32,476 bases of DNA from positions 80,503,691 to 80,536,166 of the forward strand of contig NC_068984.1 of assembly GCF_001194135.2 (NCBI RefSeq). The letters are read 5' to 3'. The notes beneath the pieces are model-generated. The model saw nothing but the letters and a program-made list of their open reading frames with translations, did no database searches and had not been told where the DNA came from. The position numbers and the translations under genes were made by a program. Each line of letters begins with the position of its first letter. The stretch's first letter is position 1. Source of the stretch: Octopus bimaculoides. Its lineage: Eukaryota. Of this stretch, positions 32,403-32,476 are shown piece by piece.

Positions 32403-32476
32403 AAGAAGAAGAAGAAGAAGAAGAAGAAGAAGAAGAAGAAGAAGAAGAAGAAGAAGAAGAAGAAGAAGAAGAAGAA
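32403..32476. repeat. (GAA)n microsatellite
   Basis: Pure AAG run to the window end. Confidence 0.97.

Noticed and set aside
1-32476. CRISPR arrays, rRNA, prokaryotic operons or defence systems
   Set aside because: None seen; the repeats are eukaryotic microsatellites and transposon debris.

Overview
AT-rich, repeat-dense eukaryotic (animal) non-coding DNA with seven N gaps (about 1022-1723, 8073-8284, 12709-13352, 14131-14365, 23866-24133, 29886-30115, 31009-31530), most of them flanked by microsatellites. The two tRNA-headed SINE families resemble, from memory, octopus SINEs, so a cephalopod (Octopus-like) source is inferred, not proven. No intact protein-coding gene is supportable, and most supplied ORFs are microsatellite or N-run artefacts. 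Identifiable content: a full-length decayed DD41D (rosa-type) Tc1/mariner element, the 5' half of an L1/Tx1-like LINE (ORF1 zinc knuckle plus APE endonuclease), three R4/Dong-like LINE fragments, a Helitron remnant (5' end plus PIF1 helicase piece), a hAT-Charlie MITE with TSD, and about ten SINE copies or fragments. The most interesting signal is a 51-nt minimal type I hammerhead ribozyme-like motif on the minus strand (197-247). It has a compensatory G3-C8 core, a palindromic helix III and a flanking inverted duplication that starts at the predicted cleavage site, an architecture typical of Penelope-like element repeats. All calls are manual and none was confirmed by database search.
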